Shown: piece by piece, positions 16,192 to 26,502 of the stretch | Position numbering within the stretch: position 1 is the stretch's first letter | How the letters are laid out: every line of letters starts with the position of its first letter | Assembly: GCA_042572295.1 (NCBI GenBank) | Contig: JBHPFA010000001.1 | Span: forward strand, 79,788 to 143,787 | DNA from: Nanobdellota archaeon | Lineage (GTDB): Archaea > Nanobdellota > Nanobdellia > Pacearchaeales > JAHJTO01 | Reading direction: 5' to 3' | Length of the DNA: 64,000 nucleotides | Program-made: the position numbers and the translations under genes | The notes under the pieces: model-generated | Databases searched by the model: none | Told to the model about the DNA's origin: nothing | Seen by the model: the letters and a program-made list of their open reading frames with translations, nothing else

Positions 16192-19100
16192 ATGGTGGAA
16201 AATAGAAATCTCATAAAAGTTTTTGGAACTTTTGTCATCTTAGGGATTCTTTTATGTTTATATCCAGTTATTGCAGATCATGTTGTTACAGTTTTTGATG
16301 GCACTACATCAACTAACTTTGATGAGGATTCATCTTCTCTTTATAACATCACAGTAAACAATACTGATGTAGTAGTTGACTCAAATATAACTCAAGTTAA
16401 TATTACTGTACCTTCTGGTTTTACTATTCAAGCAGAGACTAACGAAACTGAAGGTGAAGAATCTATATTTATTATTGATGGAGACACTTTAAGTTGGACA
16501 AACTTAAGTGTGGGACTTCTTTCAGAGATTAATTATAACTGGAGCCAATTTTTATTCAATGCGACTGCCCCAAATCCTGGATACTATAATCTTTCCGTTG
16601 TAACTTCCAATTCTACAACCATTGTTCAAACAAACATTTCAATTACTATAGATGATATAACTGCTCCTACAGTGAGTTTAGTTTATCCTAATCTCGGAAC
16701 AAACACATCAAATACTGCAATTGATGTAAACCTTACTGTAACTGATGGTGCAGGACTTGGATTGCAAGCTTGTTGGTGGACAAATGATACAGGAACAACA
16801 AATAACTCTGTAACTTGTGGAGATAATATTACAGGACAGACATGGGATGCAGGAGTAAATACTGTAATTTTTTATGCTAATGATACTTCAGGAAATGAAG
16901 GAAGTGGAACTTCTGTATTCACACTTGACACAACTGCTCCTACAGTCACTTTAGTAACTCCAACACTTGGAGCAAATACAACTAATACTATAATTGATGT
17001 AAACTTTACAGTAACTGAGAATGGTGCTGCAGGAATAGGCTCTTGTTGGTGGACAAATGATACTGGAACAACAAATAACTCAATCACTTGTGGAGATAAT
17101 GTAACAGGATTGACTTGGGATGAAGGAATAAATACAGTAATACTTTATGCTAACGATACTGCAGGAAATGAAGGAAGTGGAACTTCTGTGTTTACTTTAG
17201 ATACAACTGCTCCTTCAGTGACTTTAGTAACTCCCGCACTTTACTCAAACACAACAAATAACCAAATCAATGTTAACTTTACATTAACAGATGGAGCAGG
17301 AATCGGATTACAATCTTGTTGGTGGTCAAATGATACAGGAACAACAAATAACTCAATCACTTGTGGAGAGAACATAACTGGACAAGTTTGGAATGCTGCT
17401 ACACAAACAGTTTATTTGTATGCAAATGATAGTTTAGGAAATGAAAATTATTCAACTGCTGCTGTGTTTACAGTTGATAATATCGGACCAACATTGACAC
17501 GTATAACTCCTACTGAAGTTGGAACAAATACAACTAACAACCAATTAGATATTAATTTTAGTGCAGTGGATAGTGGAGTCGGATTAGGTAGTTGTTGGTT
17601 CACAAATAACAGTGGAATAACTAATAACTCAATGGCTTCATGTACTGGAAATTTAACTGGACAGACATGGGATGAGGGAGTTAATTCCATCCAAATTTAT
17701 GCAAATGATAGTTTAGGCAATACAGGAGCAGGTGCAGTTATAACTACTGAATTCACACTTGACACAACAGCTCCAGTTTTAACTTTAGTATCTCCTACAT
17801 TGGGAGCGAATGTGACCAATGCTGAGAATGTAACCTTCACAGTAACTGACGGTGCAGGACTTGGATTAGAAACTTGTTGGTGGACAAATGATACTGGAAC
17901 AACAAATAATACTGTAACTTGTGGAACAAATATTACAGCAGCAGTTTGGGATGAAGGTGTCAATACAGTAATACTTTATGCTAATGATACATTAAATAAT
18001 ATAGGAACAACAACATCTGTGTTTACAGTTGATAGTACACCTCCGGCAGTAGTTCTTGTATCTCCTGCTTTGGCTACAAACACAACAAATACTGTTATTA
18101 ATGTTAACTTTACAGCTTCAGATGTTTCAACAGCATTACAAGCTTGTTGGTGGACAAACAGCAGTGGTGCAGTAAATAATTCTATTACTTGTGGAGCAAA
18201 TATTACAGGACAAACTTGGGATGAAGGATCAAACACAGTAGTTTATTATGTAAATGATACTATGGGTAATGAAAATTCTTCAACTGCTCAATTTACAATT
18301 GATACAACTGGTCCTACATTTGTTTGGGTAAGTCAACCAGCTACTGCAAGTGTTGGAGATAATGTTTCAATGAATGTTACAGTATCTGATGGAGTTCTTC
18401 CAGTAACTGCAAATATTACAATAAACAATACTGTTTATGTGATGACAAATGATGGATCAGACACATTTAACCTAACTTATCAATACATTTCAGCTGTTGA
18501 GTATAATGTAACTGCATGGGATGGATTGGCAAACTCAGCAATTTCAGCAAGTACAACACTTTCAACTACTTCAACAACATCAAACGCACCAAGTGGTGGA
18601 GCTTCACCTCCTACATGGACAGAATTAGATTTAGGAGATCAAACAACTGAGGAAACACAAGAAGTAGTGGATGATGTTAAGGAATTAATAGATGATAAAG
18701 ATGAGGGCTTGATTAAGTCAGCAGTATTAGAAGAAGCAAGAGTCGGTGAAGAGATCAAGTTCACCTTGAAGAAAAGTACAGTTTCTGAAGGACAAGAGCA
18801 CACAGCAACAATTAATAAGATTTCAAGTTCATATATAAAAATGACAATAGAATCAGACCCAATCACATTATTGTTATTCGAAGGAGATTCTAAGAAAGTT
18901 GACACTGATGGAAATGGAAAATATGACTTATTAGTTGTATTAAAAGAGATTGGAAAGACAACAGCAGATGTTGTATTTGCAGAGATAAGAGAAATTACAA
19001 TGACTACCACTGAAGTAGAAGAAGCAGAAGTGGCTGAAGAAGTGATGGAAGAGAAGTTGGAAGAAATAGAAAAGGTTGAAGCAGAAGAAGTGGCTAAGGA

Positions 19101-19224
19101 GAAAGCAGCTTACAACTTTATGGTGTTAGGAATTGCTTTAGCAGTTATAGTCTTGGGTGGAATAATCTATGCAGGATATAGCTTTCGTAAGAAGAAACAT
19201 AAAAAGCATCACAAGAAAAAGTAA
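16192..19224 (+). CDS. Giant repeat-containing, N-glycosylatable surface protein with acidic stalk and C-terminal TM anchor
   Basis: Track ORF starts at 16105. The ATG at 16192 (MVENRNLIKVFGTFVILGILLCLYPVIA) gives a proper signal peptide and sits about 35 nt after TTTTTAAA. Six ~91-aa repeats plus one degenerate copy, a Glu-rich segment, TM FMVLGIALAVIVLGGIIYAGY and tail KKKHKKHHKKK. Confidence 0.75.
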   Translation: MVENRNLIKVFGTFVILGILLCLYPVIADHVVTVFDGTTSTNFDEDSSSLYNITVNNTDVVVDSNITQVNITVPSGFTIQAETNETEGEESIFIIDGDTLSWTNLSVGLLSEINYNWSQFLFNATAPNPGYYNLSVVTSNSTTIVQTNISITIDDITAPTVSLVYPNLGTNTSNTAIDVNLTVTDGAGLGLQACWWTNDTGTTNNSVTCGDNITGQTWDAGVNTVIFYANDTSGNEGSGTSVFTLDTTAPTVTLVTPTLGANTTNTIIDVNFTVTENGAAGIGSCWWTNDTGTTNNSITCGDNVTGLTWDEGINTVILYANDTAGNEGSGTSVFTLDTTAPSVTLVTPALYSNTTNNQINVNFTLTDGAGIGLQSCWWSNDTGTTNNSITCGENITGQVWNAATQTVYLYANDSLGNENYSTAAVFTVDNIGPTLTRITPTEVGTNTTNNQLDINFSAVDSGVGLGSCWFTNNSGITNNSMASCTGNLTGQTWDEGVNSIQIYANDSLGNTGAGAVITTEFTLDTTAPVLTLVSPTLGANVTNAENVTFTVTDGAGLGLETCWWTNDTGTTNNTVTCGTNITAAVWDEGVNTVILYANDTLNNIGTTTSVFTVDSTPPAVVLVSPALATNTTNTVINVNFTASDVSTALQACWWTNSSGAVNNSITCGANITGQTWDEGSNTVVYYVNDTMGNENSSTAQFTIDTTGPTFVWVSQPATASVGDNVSMNVTVSDGVLPVTANITINNTVYVMTNDGSDTFNLTYQYISAVEYNVTAWDGLANSAISASTTLSTTSTTSNAPSGGASPPTWTELDLGDQTTEETQEVVDDVKELIDDKDEGLIKSAVLEEARVGEEIKFTLKKSTVSEGQEHTATINKISSSYIKMTIESDPITLLLFEGDSKKVDTDGNGKYDLLVVLKEIGKTTADVVFAEIREITMTTTEVEEAEVAEEVMEEKLEEIEKVEAEEVAKEKAAYNFMVLGIALAVIVLGGIIYAGYSFRKKKHKKHHKKK
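16663..18309 (+). repeat. Six in-frame tandem repeats of 273-285 bp inside the surface-protein gene
   Basis: Units start at 16663, 16936, 17209, 17485, 17770 and 18043. Consensus is APxVxLVxPxLGxNTxNxxIDVNFTVTDGAGLGLQxCWWTNDTGTTNNSxTCGxNITGQTWDEGVNTVxLYANDTxGNEGxxTSVFTLDTT. A degenerate seventh unit starts at 18310. Confidence 0.9.
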
Positions 19225-19320
19225 TTCTTTCTTTTTTAGATTTTAAAGGGTGTTTAGAGGCCATTATAGCCCCACAGTAAGCTATTTAAGTCCAATTATA
19301 TAAATATACTTAAGAAAAAA

Positions 19321-20070
19321 GTGGAAATGGTGAGTACTTTATTATGGATTATTTTAAGCACAGTCTTAGTTAGCTTAATTGCTTTCGTAGGCATACTTTC
19401 TTTATCTATTAAAAGAAAATTATTTGATAAGATTGTTTTGATGTTGGTTGCTTTATCTGCTGGAGCATTGATGGGTGGAGCTTTTCTACATTTAATTCCT
19501 GAAGCTATTGAAAAATTTCCAGATTATAATGTATTACTCCTTGTATTAATTGGATTTGTTTTTTTCTTCTTTATAGAGAAAGTGCTGTGTTGGAGACATT
19601 GTCATAATGGCAAGTGTGAAGTACATACTTTCGCTTATATGAACTTAATAGGAGAAGGAATACACAATTTCGTTGATGGATTGATAATTGCAGGAAGCTT
19701 TGTTGCAAGCATTCCTTTAGGTATTAGCACTACAATTGCAGTTGCTTTACATGAGATTCCTCAAGAGATAGGAGATTTTGGAGTGTTAGTGCATGGAGGC
19801 TTCAAAAGAGGAAAAGCTTTGTTATTGAACTTCTTAATAGCCTTATTAGCTGTTTTGGGAGGTATTATAGGGTTTTTCTTGACAAGGGCCGTCGATAATG
19901 CAATGGTTTTCTTATTATCCTTAGCTGCTGGAGGGTTTATTTACATCTCAGCTAGTGATTTAATCCCAGAAATAAGAAAAGAGACTGATTCTAAGAAGTC
20001 TTTGTTAGTTCTGTTAGTTTTCTTAATAGGAATTTGCTTAATGTTCGGTTTAAAACTTCTAAATATATAG
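19321..20070 (+). CDS. zupT: ZIP-family divalent metal (zinc) transporter
   Basis: HNFVDGLIIA and HEIPQEIGDFGVL motifs with multiple TM helices. The start is either GTG 19321 or ATG 19327. Confidence 0.8.
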   Translation: MEMVSTLLWIILSTVLVSLIAFVGILSLSIKRKLFDKIVLMLVALSAGALMGGAFLHLIPEAIEKFPDYNVLLLVLIGFVFFFFIEKVLCWRHCHNGKCEVHTFAYMNLIGEGIHNFVDGLIIAGSFVASIPLGISTTIAVALHEIPQEIGDFGVLVHGGFKRGKALLLNFLIALLAVLGGIIGFFLTRAVDNAMVFLLSLAAGGFIYISASDLIPEIRKETDSKKSLLVLLVFLIGICLMFGLKLLNI

Positions 20071-20103
20071 ATTTAAATACTATTTTTTAGTTTTTGTAAC
20101 CCT

Positions 20104-20637
20104 ATGAAAAGAAAGTTCAAACTACAAGAGATAACATTTGGAGAATTCAAGAGACATTGGACAGATTCTGGAAGACCTCCAAAAAAGCAGGACTCCTTAT
20201 ATGGAACATTTCCTCCAAAGCATTTTAAGATAATGGAAGAAACAGGATATGCTGATTTTGGAGAGCTACTTGACTCTATGGAAGATGATTTCCAGAGACC
20301 AAAAAATATTTGGTTTTCAGATGGGCCTGTTAAGCCATGGATCTCTGAAAGGAAGATTGCTAATTCAGATAAAGATTATTTTTTTAAGCTATTTGATTTG
20401 AGTAAGGAATGTAGTAAGCTTGCTGTAGAAGTAACTAAAGATCCCCTGTCTTCATACAAGAATATAGATGTTTTTAATTTTAAAAAAGATAATGGATTGT
20501 GGTACGTTGATTATTTCCACATAAGGAATAAGAATTTTGGTCTTTATACATTTGAAGGTATTCGAGATAGAATAACTAGGTCCACACCAAATATTACTGG
20601 CCTTTATACTGGGCCCCAATATGCAAATGCCTACTGA
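20104..20637 (+). CDS. Hypothetical protein
   Basis: 177-aa ORF with TATA-like ATTTAAATA about 30 nt upstream. No motif recognised. Confidence 0.55.
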   Translation: MKRKFKLQEITFGEFKRHWTDSGRPPKKQDSLYGTFPPKHFKIMEETGYADFGELLDSMEDDFQRPKNIWFSDGPVKPWISERKIANSDKDYFFKLFDLSKECSKLAVEVTKDPLSSYKNIDVFNFKKDNGLWYVDYFHIRNKNFGLYTFEGIRDRITRSTPNITGLYTGPQYANAY

Positions 20638-20678
20638 CAAGGTTTTTATAAGGAAAAACACTAACTTATCTAGTAAAA

Positions 20679-21632
20679 ATGGGTGATATAATTGTTGTAG
20701 GTAACATAACTAGTGACTTTTTTATGGACACAAAAGTTGCAGAAAGTTTACAAGATAAACAGACAAGTATATGTTATCCTATAAGTTCTAAGATCTTTGT
20801 TAAGAAGATGAATATGTTTACTGGTGGAGGAGGATATAACTCTTCTGTCTCTTTTTCACGTTTAGGATTAAAACCTTCCTTTTTAGGGAAGATAACTAAA
20901 GATGCTCAAGGTAAAGGGCTGTTGAAAGCTTTAAGAAAAGAGAAAATTAAATTTATTGGAAGTTTAGGAAATGGAATAGGTTCATACTCTGTAATACTTG
21001 ACTCTGCAGAACATCATAGGACTATTTTTGTTTTCAAAGGGAAAGATAATCACTTACTTAAGAAAGATTTCAAACATCCTAAAACAAAATGGTATTATTT
21101 TGCATCTATGATTGGAGAATCAATGAAAACTCAGATAGAGATTGCAAAACATGCTAAAAAAGTCGGTTCAAAGATTGCTTATAATCCTAGTGAATATTTG
21201 ATTAGAGAAGATAAGGAAAAGGTTTTGAGATTAGTCAAGTTAGTTGATGTTTTGATATTAAATAAAGAAGAAGCAGATCTTATTGTTGGTAAAGAGAAAG
21301 TTGCTGAGAAAATAAGAGCTTTAGGTCCTGAAATAGTGTGTATCACTGACGGTAAGAATGGTGCTGTTGCTTATGAAGGAGATAAAGTATATGGTGTGCT
21401 TCCAAAGAATGTTAAAGTGAAAGAAACTGCTGGAGCCGGAGATGCATTTGCTTCTGGATTTTTGGCAGGGTGGATAAAAAGGGAAAACATGAAAGAAGCT
21501 TTAGAATTTGGAGTAACAAATGCTGAAAGTGTTATTGGTCATTTGGGAGCTACAAATAATTTATTGACTTGGCAACAAATGCTTTCAAAAGTTAAGAAAA
21601 ATCCACACAGGATAAAGGTTTCAAGATGGTGA
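20679..21632 (+). CDS. PfkB-family sugar/sugar-phosphate kinase
   Basis: N-terminal GGGGYN and C-terminal TAGAGDAFASGFLAG signatures of the ribokinase/PfkB family. First gene of the aldolase-TIM cluster. Confidence 0.8.
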   Translation: MGDIIVVGNITSDFFMDTKVAESLQDKQTSICYPISSKIFVKKMNMFTGGGGYNSSVSFSRLGLKPSFLGKITKDAQGKGLLKALRKEKIKFIGSLGNGIGSYSVILDSAEHHRTIFVFKGKDNHLLKKDFKHPKTKWYYFASMIGESMKTQIEIAKHAKKVGSKIAYNPSEYLIREDKEKVLRLVKLVDVLILNKEEADLIVGKEKVAEKIRALGPEIVCITDGKNGAVAYEGDKVYGVLPKNVKVKETAGAGDAFASGFLAGWIKRENMKEALEFGVTNAESVIGHLGATNNLLTWQQMLSKVKKNPHRIKVSRW

Positions 21633-22363
21633 AGAGGAAAATAACAAAAAAAGGCAGAGTATTGGCTCTTGCTTATGATCAGGGAATGGAACATGGTACT
21701 GATGATTTTAATGATAAGAATGTAAATCCAGAATATATCTTTGAGATTGCAAGAAAAGGAGGAGTTACTGCAATTGTTGTGCAGAAAGGGATTGCTGAAA
21801 GATATTATGATAAGAAAAAAGATGTTCCACTTATTGTTAAGTTAAATGGAAAAACTAAGTTGAGAAAAGGAGAAGCATTGTCTTTACAAGTCTGTTCTGT
21901 TAAAGAAGCTTTGAGACTTGGTGCTTCAGCTGTGGGTTATACTGTTTATTTTGGTTCTAAATATGAAGCTCAAATGATGAAAGAGTTCGGAAAGATTGAA
22001 GAAGAATGTGATAAAGCAGGGATTCCTGCTATATTATGGGCATATCCGCGTGGAAAAGATATAAAGAAAATAACTCCTAGAATAATTGAATATGCTGCAC
22101 GTGAAGGTTTGGAATTAGGAGCTGAGATGGTTAAAGTAAATTATACTGGTTCTTTGCAGAGCTTCAAGAAAGTTGTTCGCGCTGCTGGAAGATGTAAAGT
22201 TGTGAGTTTAGGTGGTGGAAAAAGGCCTGAGAAAGAACTTTTAGTGCAAGCTAGAGACACAATCAAAGCAGGTGGTGTTGGAATGATTGTTGGAAGAAAT
22301 ATCTGGCAACATAAAGACCCTATTGCTTTTATTAAGAAACTTAAGAAGGAGATTTGGAAATGA
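21626..22363 (+). CDS. fbaB: Class I fructose-bisphosphate aldolase (archaeal DhnA/FbaB type)
   Basis: LAYDQGMEHG, LIVKLNG, VKVNYTG and VGRNIWQ blocks typical of the DhnA-family TIM barrel. Confidence 0.8.
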   Translation: MVKRKITKKGRVLALAYDQGMEHGTDDFNDKNVNPEYIFEIARKGGVTAIVVQKGIAERYYDKKKDVPLIVKLNGKTKLRKGEALSLQVCSVKEALRLGASAVGYTVYFGSKYEAQMMKEFGKIEEECDKAGIPAILWAYPRGKDIKKITPRIIEYAAREGLELGAEMVKVNYTGSLQSFKKVVRAAGRCKVVSLGGGKRPEKELLVQARDTIKAGGVGMIVGRNIWQHKDPIAFIKKLKKEIWK

Positions 22364-22626
22364 AAAAGAAGAAAACAAACTGGGAAAGGCAACCTTCTTG
22401 GGTTAAATCGTTGGTTACTGGACAGAGTATAGCCCTAGTCATTATAGCCATCATGTTTCCAATAGTAATATTCTTGATTAAGCCAAAAGACCCTATTGAT
22501 TTTCTTGCTATAGTCTTTATAGCAATTATATTTTTGATCCTCTTATTCTTTAACGTTCTCATGAGATTTGGTTGGATTGATCCTCTTGGAATGATTAAGA
22601 AACTTAAGAAGGAGATTTGGAGATGA
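22354..22626 (+). CDS. Small membrane protein, chimeric (C-terminus derived from duplicated aldolase 3' end)
   Basis: Two TM helices. Ends in DPLGMIKKLKKEIWR, against the aldolase end DPIAFIKKLKKEIWK. A 28-nt exact DNA repeat is present (22331-58 = 22594-621). Confidence 0.5.
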   Translation: MEMKKKKTNWERQPSWVKSLVTGQSIALVIIAIMFPIVIFLIKPKDPIDFLAIVFIAIIFLILLFFNVLMRFGWIDPLGMIKKLKKEIWR

Positions 22627-22865
22627 ATTGGAAAGAATGGCCTTATTGGGTTAAAGGAGGAGTAATTGGATTAATTATTGGAATCCTCTCAAGTATAAGC
22701 GCCCCAATGTATACTGTACTTGCATTAATGCTAATTGGAGGAGCTTTAGGATTTGGAGCAGAGGGTCAAGGTTATTTTATAATTATATCTGGTCTAACCT
22801 TAATATTTCTATTTTTTGTAATCGGAGCATTAATTGGTTGGATTTATGAGAGGTATAAAAAATGA
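22617..22865 (+). CDS. Small membrane protein (paralog of the N-terminal part of 22354..22626)
   Basis: MEMNWKEWPYWVKGGVIG aligns with MEMKKKKTNWERQPSWVKSLVTG. Two to three TM helices. Confidence 0.55.
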   Translation: MEMNWKEWPYWVKGGVIGLIIGILSSISAPMYTVLALMLIGGALGFGAEGQGYFIIISGLTLIFLFFVIGALIGWIYERYKK

Positions 22866-23491
22866 AACCATTGATTGGATTAAATTTTAAGAAATATAAG
22901 CAAGCAACTGGAAAAAATGCTTTGAAGTTGTTAAAGATTCTAGATAAATATAGGAATAATGTTAAAATGCTTGCTGGTGTGTATGAAAAAGATTATTCTT
23001 ATGTAAAGAAAGTAAAGATTCCTGTTTATTCTCAAAAATTACACATTTTTGAGGTTGGAGAAGCAAAGAAAAAAGGTTTGAAAGGAACTTTCTTGAATCA
23101 TTCTGATCATAGATTGAAATTTGATGTTCTGAAAGAGATTGTTAAAGAATGTAAAAAGAAAAAGTTCAGTACAATTGTATTTGCAGCTAGTCTAAAGGAA
23201 GCTAAGAAGATTATTTCTTTACGTCCAGATTATGTTGCTTATGAAGATCCTCTTTTAATAGGAACAACAAGATCCATCACTAAATATAGGTCTGGAAAGG
23301 TTAAAGCATTTGTAGGGATGTGCAAAGGAAAAACAATCCCTTTATGTGGAGCAGGAATACATGAAAAAGAAGATTTAGATGCTGCAATAAAACTTGGCTG
23401 CAAAGGTATTTTAATGGCTTCAGCGTTTGTAAAATCAAGAGATCCTAATAAGTTTATTAAGGATTTTGTTAAAAGAAGAGGGAAAATATGA
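22862..23491 (+). CDS. tpiA: Triosephosphate isomerase (short archaeal type)
   Basis: GLNFKKY, LNHSDHRL and CGAGI blocks. About 209 aa, as in archaeal TIMs. Confidence 0.75.
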   Translation: MKPLIGLNFKKYKQATGKNALKLLKILDKYRNNVKMLAGVYEKDYSYVKKVKIPVYSQKLHIFEVGEAKKKGLKGTFLNHSDHRLKFDVLKEIVKECKKKKFSTIVFAASLKEAKKIISLRPDYVAYEDPLLIGTTRSITKYRSGKVKAFVGMCKGKTIPLCGAGIHEKEDLDAAIKLGCKGILMASAFVKSRDPNKFIKDFVKRRGKI

Positions 23492-24492
23492 AGATAGTGT
23501 TTTTTGATATACAAGGTTGGGAGAAGAAGTACATAGACAAAGAACTGAAAGGTCATAAAGTAGTTTTGTTCAAAGAGCCTTTAAATTCTGAAACTGTAAA
23601 GGCTGCTAAAGATGCAAATATTGTTTCTGTGTTTGTTAAGTCAAAGATAGATAAAGAAGTCCTTAAGAAAATGCCTAAATTAAAGATGATTGTGACTAGG
23701 TCTACTGGATTTGATCATATTGATGTTAAAGCTTGTAAAAAGAAGAAAATTAATGTAACTTACATCCCTTCTTATGGGGAAAATACCGTTGCTGAACATG
23801 CTTTTGCCTTAATTCTTTCAATGTCAAGAAATATTTACAAAGCAACTCTAAAGATGAGGAATGAAGACTTTACAATAGATGAAAGCCTAAAAGGATTTGA
23901 CCTTAAAGGAAAAACTTTAGGAGTTGTTGGAGCAGGAAAGATTGGAACAAATATAATAAGGATGGCCAAAGGGTTTGATATGAATGTTTGTGTTTATACA
24001 AGACATCCAAAACCAGAGATGGCTAAAGAAATGGGATTTAAGTTCACTAAATCCTTGAAAGAGTTGTTAGGTCAATCAGATATCATTACTTTACATGTTC
24101 CTTATAATAAAGAAACACATCATATGATTAATAAGAAGTCAATAAAGTGGATTAAGAAAGGGGCTAGACTAATTAATACAGCAAGAGGCGGTTTAGTTGA
24201 TAATGATGCCTTGATTGAAGCACTAGATAAAGGAATCATTTCAGAAATAGGAGTGGATGTATTAGAAACAGAAGAATTATTGTTTGGAAATAGGCAGTCT
24301 TTATTTGATTTGAAGAAATCTAAGATGTTTAATGAATTGATCAAAGACTATAATCTAATGCATAGACCTAATGTGTTGTTTACACCACATATGGCCTTTT
24401 ACAGTGAAGAAGCTTTAGTGAGAATAATCAAGACCACAATACAGAACATACATGCTTTCTTAGCTAAGAAACCAATCAATCTTGTAAAATGA
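23488..24492 (+). CDS. D-isomer-specific 2-hydroxyacid dehydrogenase (lactate/glycerate/phosphoglycerate DH family)
   Basis: NAD-binding [23 protein letters not shown]. Catalytic-region blocks NTARGGLVD and [11 protein letters not shown]. Confidence 0.8.
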   Translation: MKIVFFDIQGWEKKYIDKELKGHKVVLFKEPLNSETVKAAKDANIVSVFVKSKIDKEVLKKMPKLKMIVTRSTGFDHIDVKACKKKKINVTYIPSYGENTVAEHAFALILSMSRNIYKATLKMRNEDFTIDESLKGFDLKGKTLGVVGAGKIGTNIIRMAKGFDMNVCVYTRHPKPEMAKEMGFKFTKSLKELLGQSDIITLHVPYNKETHHMINKKSIKWIKKGARLINTARGGLVDNDALIEALDKGIISEIGVDVLETEELLFGNRQSLFDLKKSKMFNELIKDYNLMHRPNVLFTPHMAFYSEEALVRIIKTTIQNIHAFLAKKPINLVK

Positions 24493-25019
24493 ACAAAAGT
24501 TTATTAATAGGGATAGGAATAATATTTGTAATAGTATTAGGAGTTTTATTGTTTACAATGGACAAAACAGGAGATAAAGTAAAATTAGAAACTAGTTTAG
24601 GAGTAGTAGTTATTGAATTACATGAATTCATGCCTATAACTTCTGGAAACTTCAAGAAGTTAGTTAGTGAAGGGTTTTATGATGGAATAATCTTCCATAG
24701 AGTTATTGATGGATTTATGATACAAGGCGGAGATCCTAAAGGAGATGGTACTGGAGGACCAGGATATAAGATAGAAGATGAATTCTCAGACCATAATCTT
24801 AATGAAAGAGGAACTATATCAATGGCAAATGCTGGACCTAACACTGGGGGAAGCCAGTTTTTCATTAATCTAATTGATAATAACTTCTTAGACTCAAAAC
24901 ATCCTGTTTTTGGAAGAGTTGTTGAAGGAATGGATGTTATTGATAAGATTGCAAAGGTAGAAACTTCTAATGATAGACCATTAGAAGATGTCAAGATTAT
25001 CAAAGCTGAAATTATCTGA
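24489..25019 (+). CDS. ppiB: Cyclophilin-type peptidyl-prolyl isomerase with N-terminal membrane anchor
   Basis: [30 protein letters not shown] and HPVFGRV. N-terminal helix [18 protein letters not shown]. Confidence 0.85.
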   Translation: MNKSLLIGIGIIFVIVLGVLLFTMDKTGDKVKLETSLGVVVIELHEFMPITSGNFKKLVSEGFYDGIIFHRVIDGFMIQGGDPKGDGTGGPGYKIEDEFSDHNLNERGTISMANAGPNTGGSQFFINLIDNNFLDSKHPVFGRVVEGMDVIDKIAKVETSNDRPLEDVKIIKAEII

Positions 25020-25034
25020 TTCTACACATAAATG

Positions 25035-25042
25035 TATTTAAA
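25035..25042 (+). promoter_or_regulatory. TATA-like box upstream of guaB
   Basis: TATTTAAA lies about 29 nt upstream of the ATG at 25072. Confidence 0.4.
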
Positions 25043-25071
25043 CTAAAGATAACCAATTAGCTTGGTAAAAG

Positions 25072-26502
25072 ATGGTAGATATTAGAACAGGATTGACTTT
25101 TTCTGACGTATTATTAGTTCCTAAAAGAACTCCTTTGAATTCTAGAGCAGAAGCTGATCTAAGTACAAGATTTACTAAGAACATCAGGTTGAATGCTCCT
25201 TTAGTCAGTGCTAATATGGCTACTGTTACTGAACATAAAATGGCTATAGCAATGGCTCGTGAAGGTGGTTTGGGAGTAATTCATCAATTCAATACAATTG
25301 AAGAGCAAGTTGAAGAGGTTAAGAAAGTAAAAAGAAGCACAAGTTATGTTATTGAGAATCCTCTTTCAGTTGGTTCTGGTTTGACTATTGAAGAAGCAGA
25401 TAAAGTCATGTTAGAGACAGGGGTTACAAGTCTATTGATAGTGGATAATAGAGAATTACAAGGAATATTCACTAAAAGAGATTATTTGTTCATAAATGAT
25501 CATTCAAAGAAACTTTCCGAAGTGATGACTCCTAAAGAAAAGCTAGTTACAGCTGATTGGGGGATTAGTACAGATGAAGCTAAGCACCTCTTGTATAAGA
25601 ATAGGATTGAGAAGTTGCCTTTGTTAGAAAATGGAAAGTTAAAGGGATTGATAACTACCCAAGATATTGTTAAATTGGAGAAATGGAAGGATGCAGCAAG
25701 AGATGAAAAAGGAAGCTTATTGTGTGGAGCTGCTATTGGAGTTAAAGATACTTTGGAAAGAGCTGAAGCTTTGATTAAAGCTGGAGTTGATGTTATTGTT
25801 TTAGATATTGCCCATGCACATTCTGATTTGATGATTAATAGAGTTAAAGAGTTTAAGGAAAAGTTTCCATCTGTTGATTTGATGGTTGGGAATATAGGGA
25901 CTGGAGATGCAGCTAGAGATCTGATTGAAGCTGGAGCTGATGGATTGAAAGTTGGAATTGGTCCAAGTCCTGTTTGTACTACAAGAGTTATTTCTGGAAG
26001 CGGAATGCCCCAAATAACTGCAATAATGGATGTCTGTTCTATTGCTAAATTATATGGAGTACCTGTATGTGCAGATGGAGGGATGAGTTATCCTGGAGAT
26101 GCTGCAAAAGCGATAGGTGCTGGAGCAAGTACTGCTTTTTCAGGAACTTTCTTTGCAGGAACTGATGAAGCTCCTGGAATGATAATAATGAAGAATGGTA
26201 AGAGGTATAAGAGATATGCTGGAAGCGCTTCTTATGAGAGCAGTCATGAAAGGAAAGAGAGATCTGAAAATAAGAGGTTAAAAGAGAAGATTGATGTGTT
26301 TGTAGAAGGTGTTTCAAATCTTGTTGACTATAAAGGGCCTGTTGAAGGTGTTATAAGATCAATTCTTAAAGGAATTAAAAGTGGTGCTAGTTATTGTGGA
26401 GCAATAAATATACAAGAGATGCATAAAAGGGCAGAGTTTGTAAGAATCACTTCAAGTGGATGGCAAGAAAGCCTTTCTAGAGGCCAGAGATTATCTGAGT
26501 GA
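25072..26502 (+). CDS. guaB: IMP dehydrogenase (with CBS subdomain)
   Basis: LTFSDVLLVP, VSANMATVTE and the catalytic loop GIGPSPVCTTR. CADGG and a CBS pair insert are present. Confidence 0.85.
   Translation: MVDIRTGLTFSDVLLVPKRTPLNSRAEADLSTRFTKNIRLNAPLVSANMATVTEHKMAIAMAREGGLGVIHQFNTIEEQVEEVKKVKRSTSYVIENPLSVGSGLTIEEADKVMLETGVTSLLIVDNRELQGIFTKRDYLFINDHSKKLSEVMTPKEKLVTADWGISTDEAKHLLYKNRIEKLPLLENGKLKGLITTQDIVKLEKWKDAARDEKGSLLCGAAIGVKDTLERAEALIKAGVDVIVLDIAHAHSDLMINRVKEFKEKFPSVDLMVGNIGTGDAARDLIEAGADGLKVGIGPSPVCTTRVISGSGMPQITAIMDVCSIAKLYGVPVCADGGMSYPGDAAKAIGAGASTAFSGTFFAGTDEAPGMIIMKNGKRYKRYAGSASYESSHERKERSENKRLKEKIDVFVEGVSNLVDYKGPVEGVIRSILKGIKSGASYCGAINIQEMHKRAEFVRITSSGWQESLSRGQRLSE

Noticed and set aside
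25801-26317. Minus-strand ORFs inside guaB
   Set aside because: They are antisense to IMP dehydrogenase and have low-complexity Ser/Leu/His composition.
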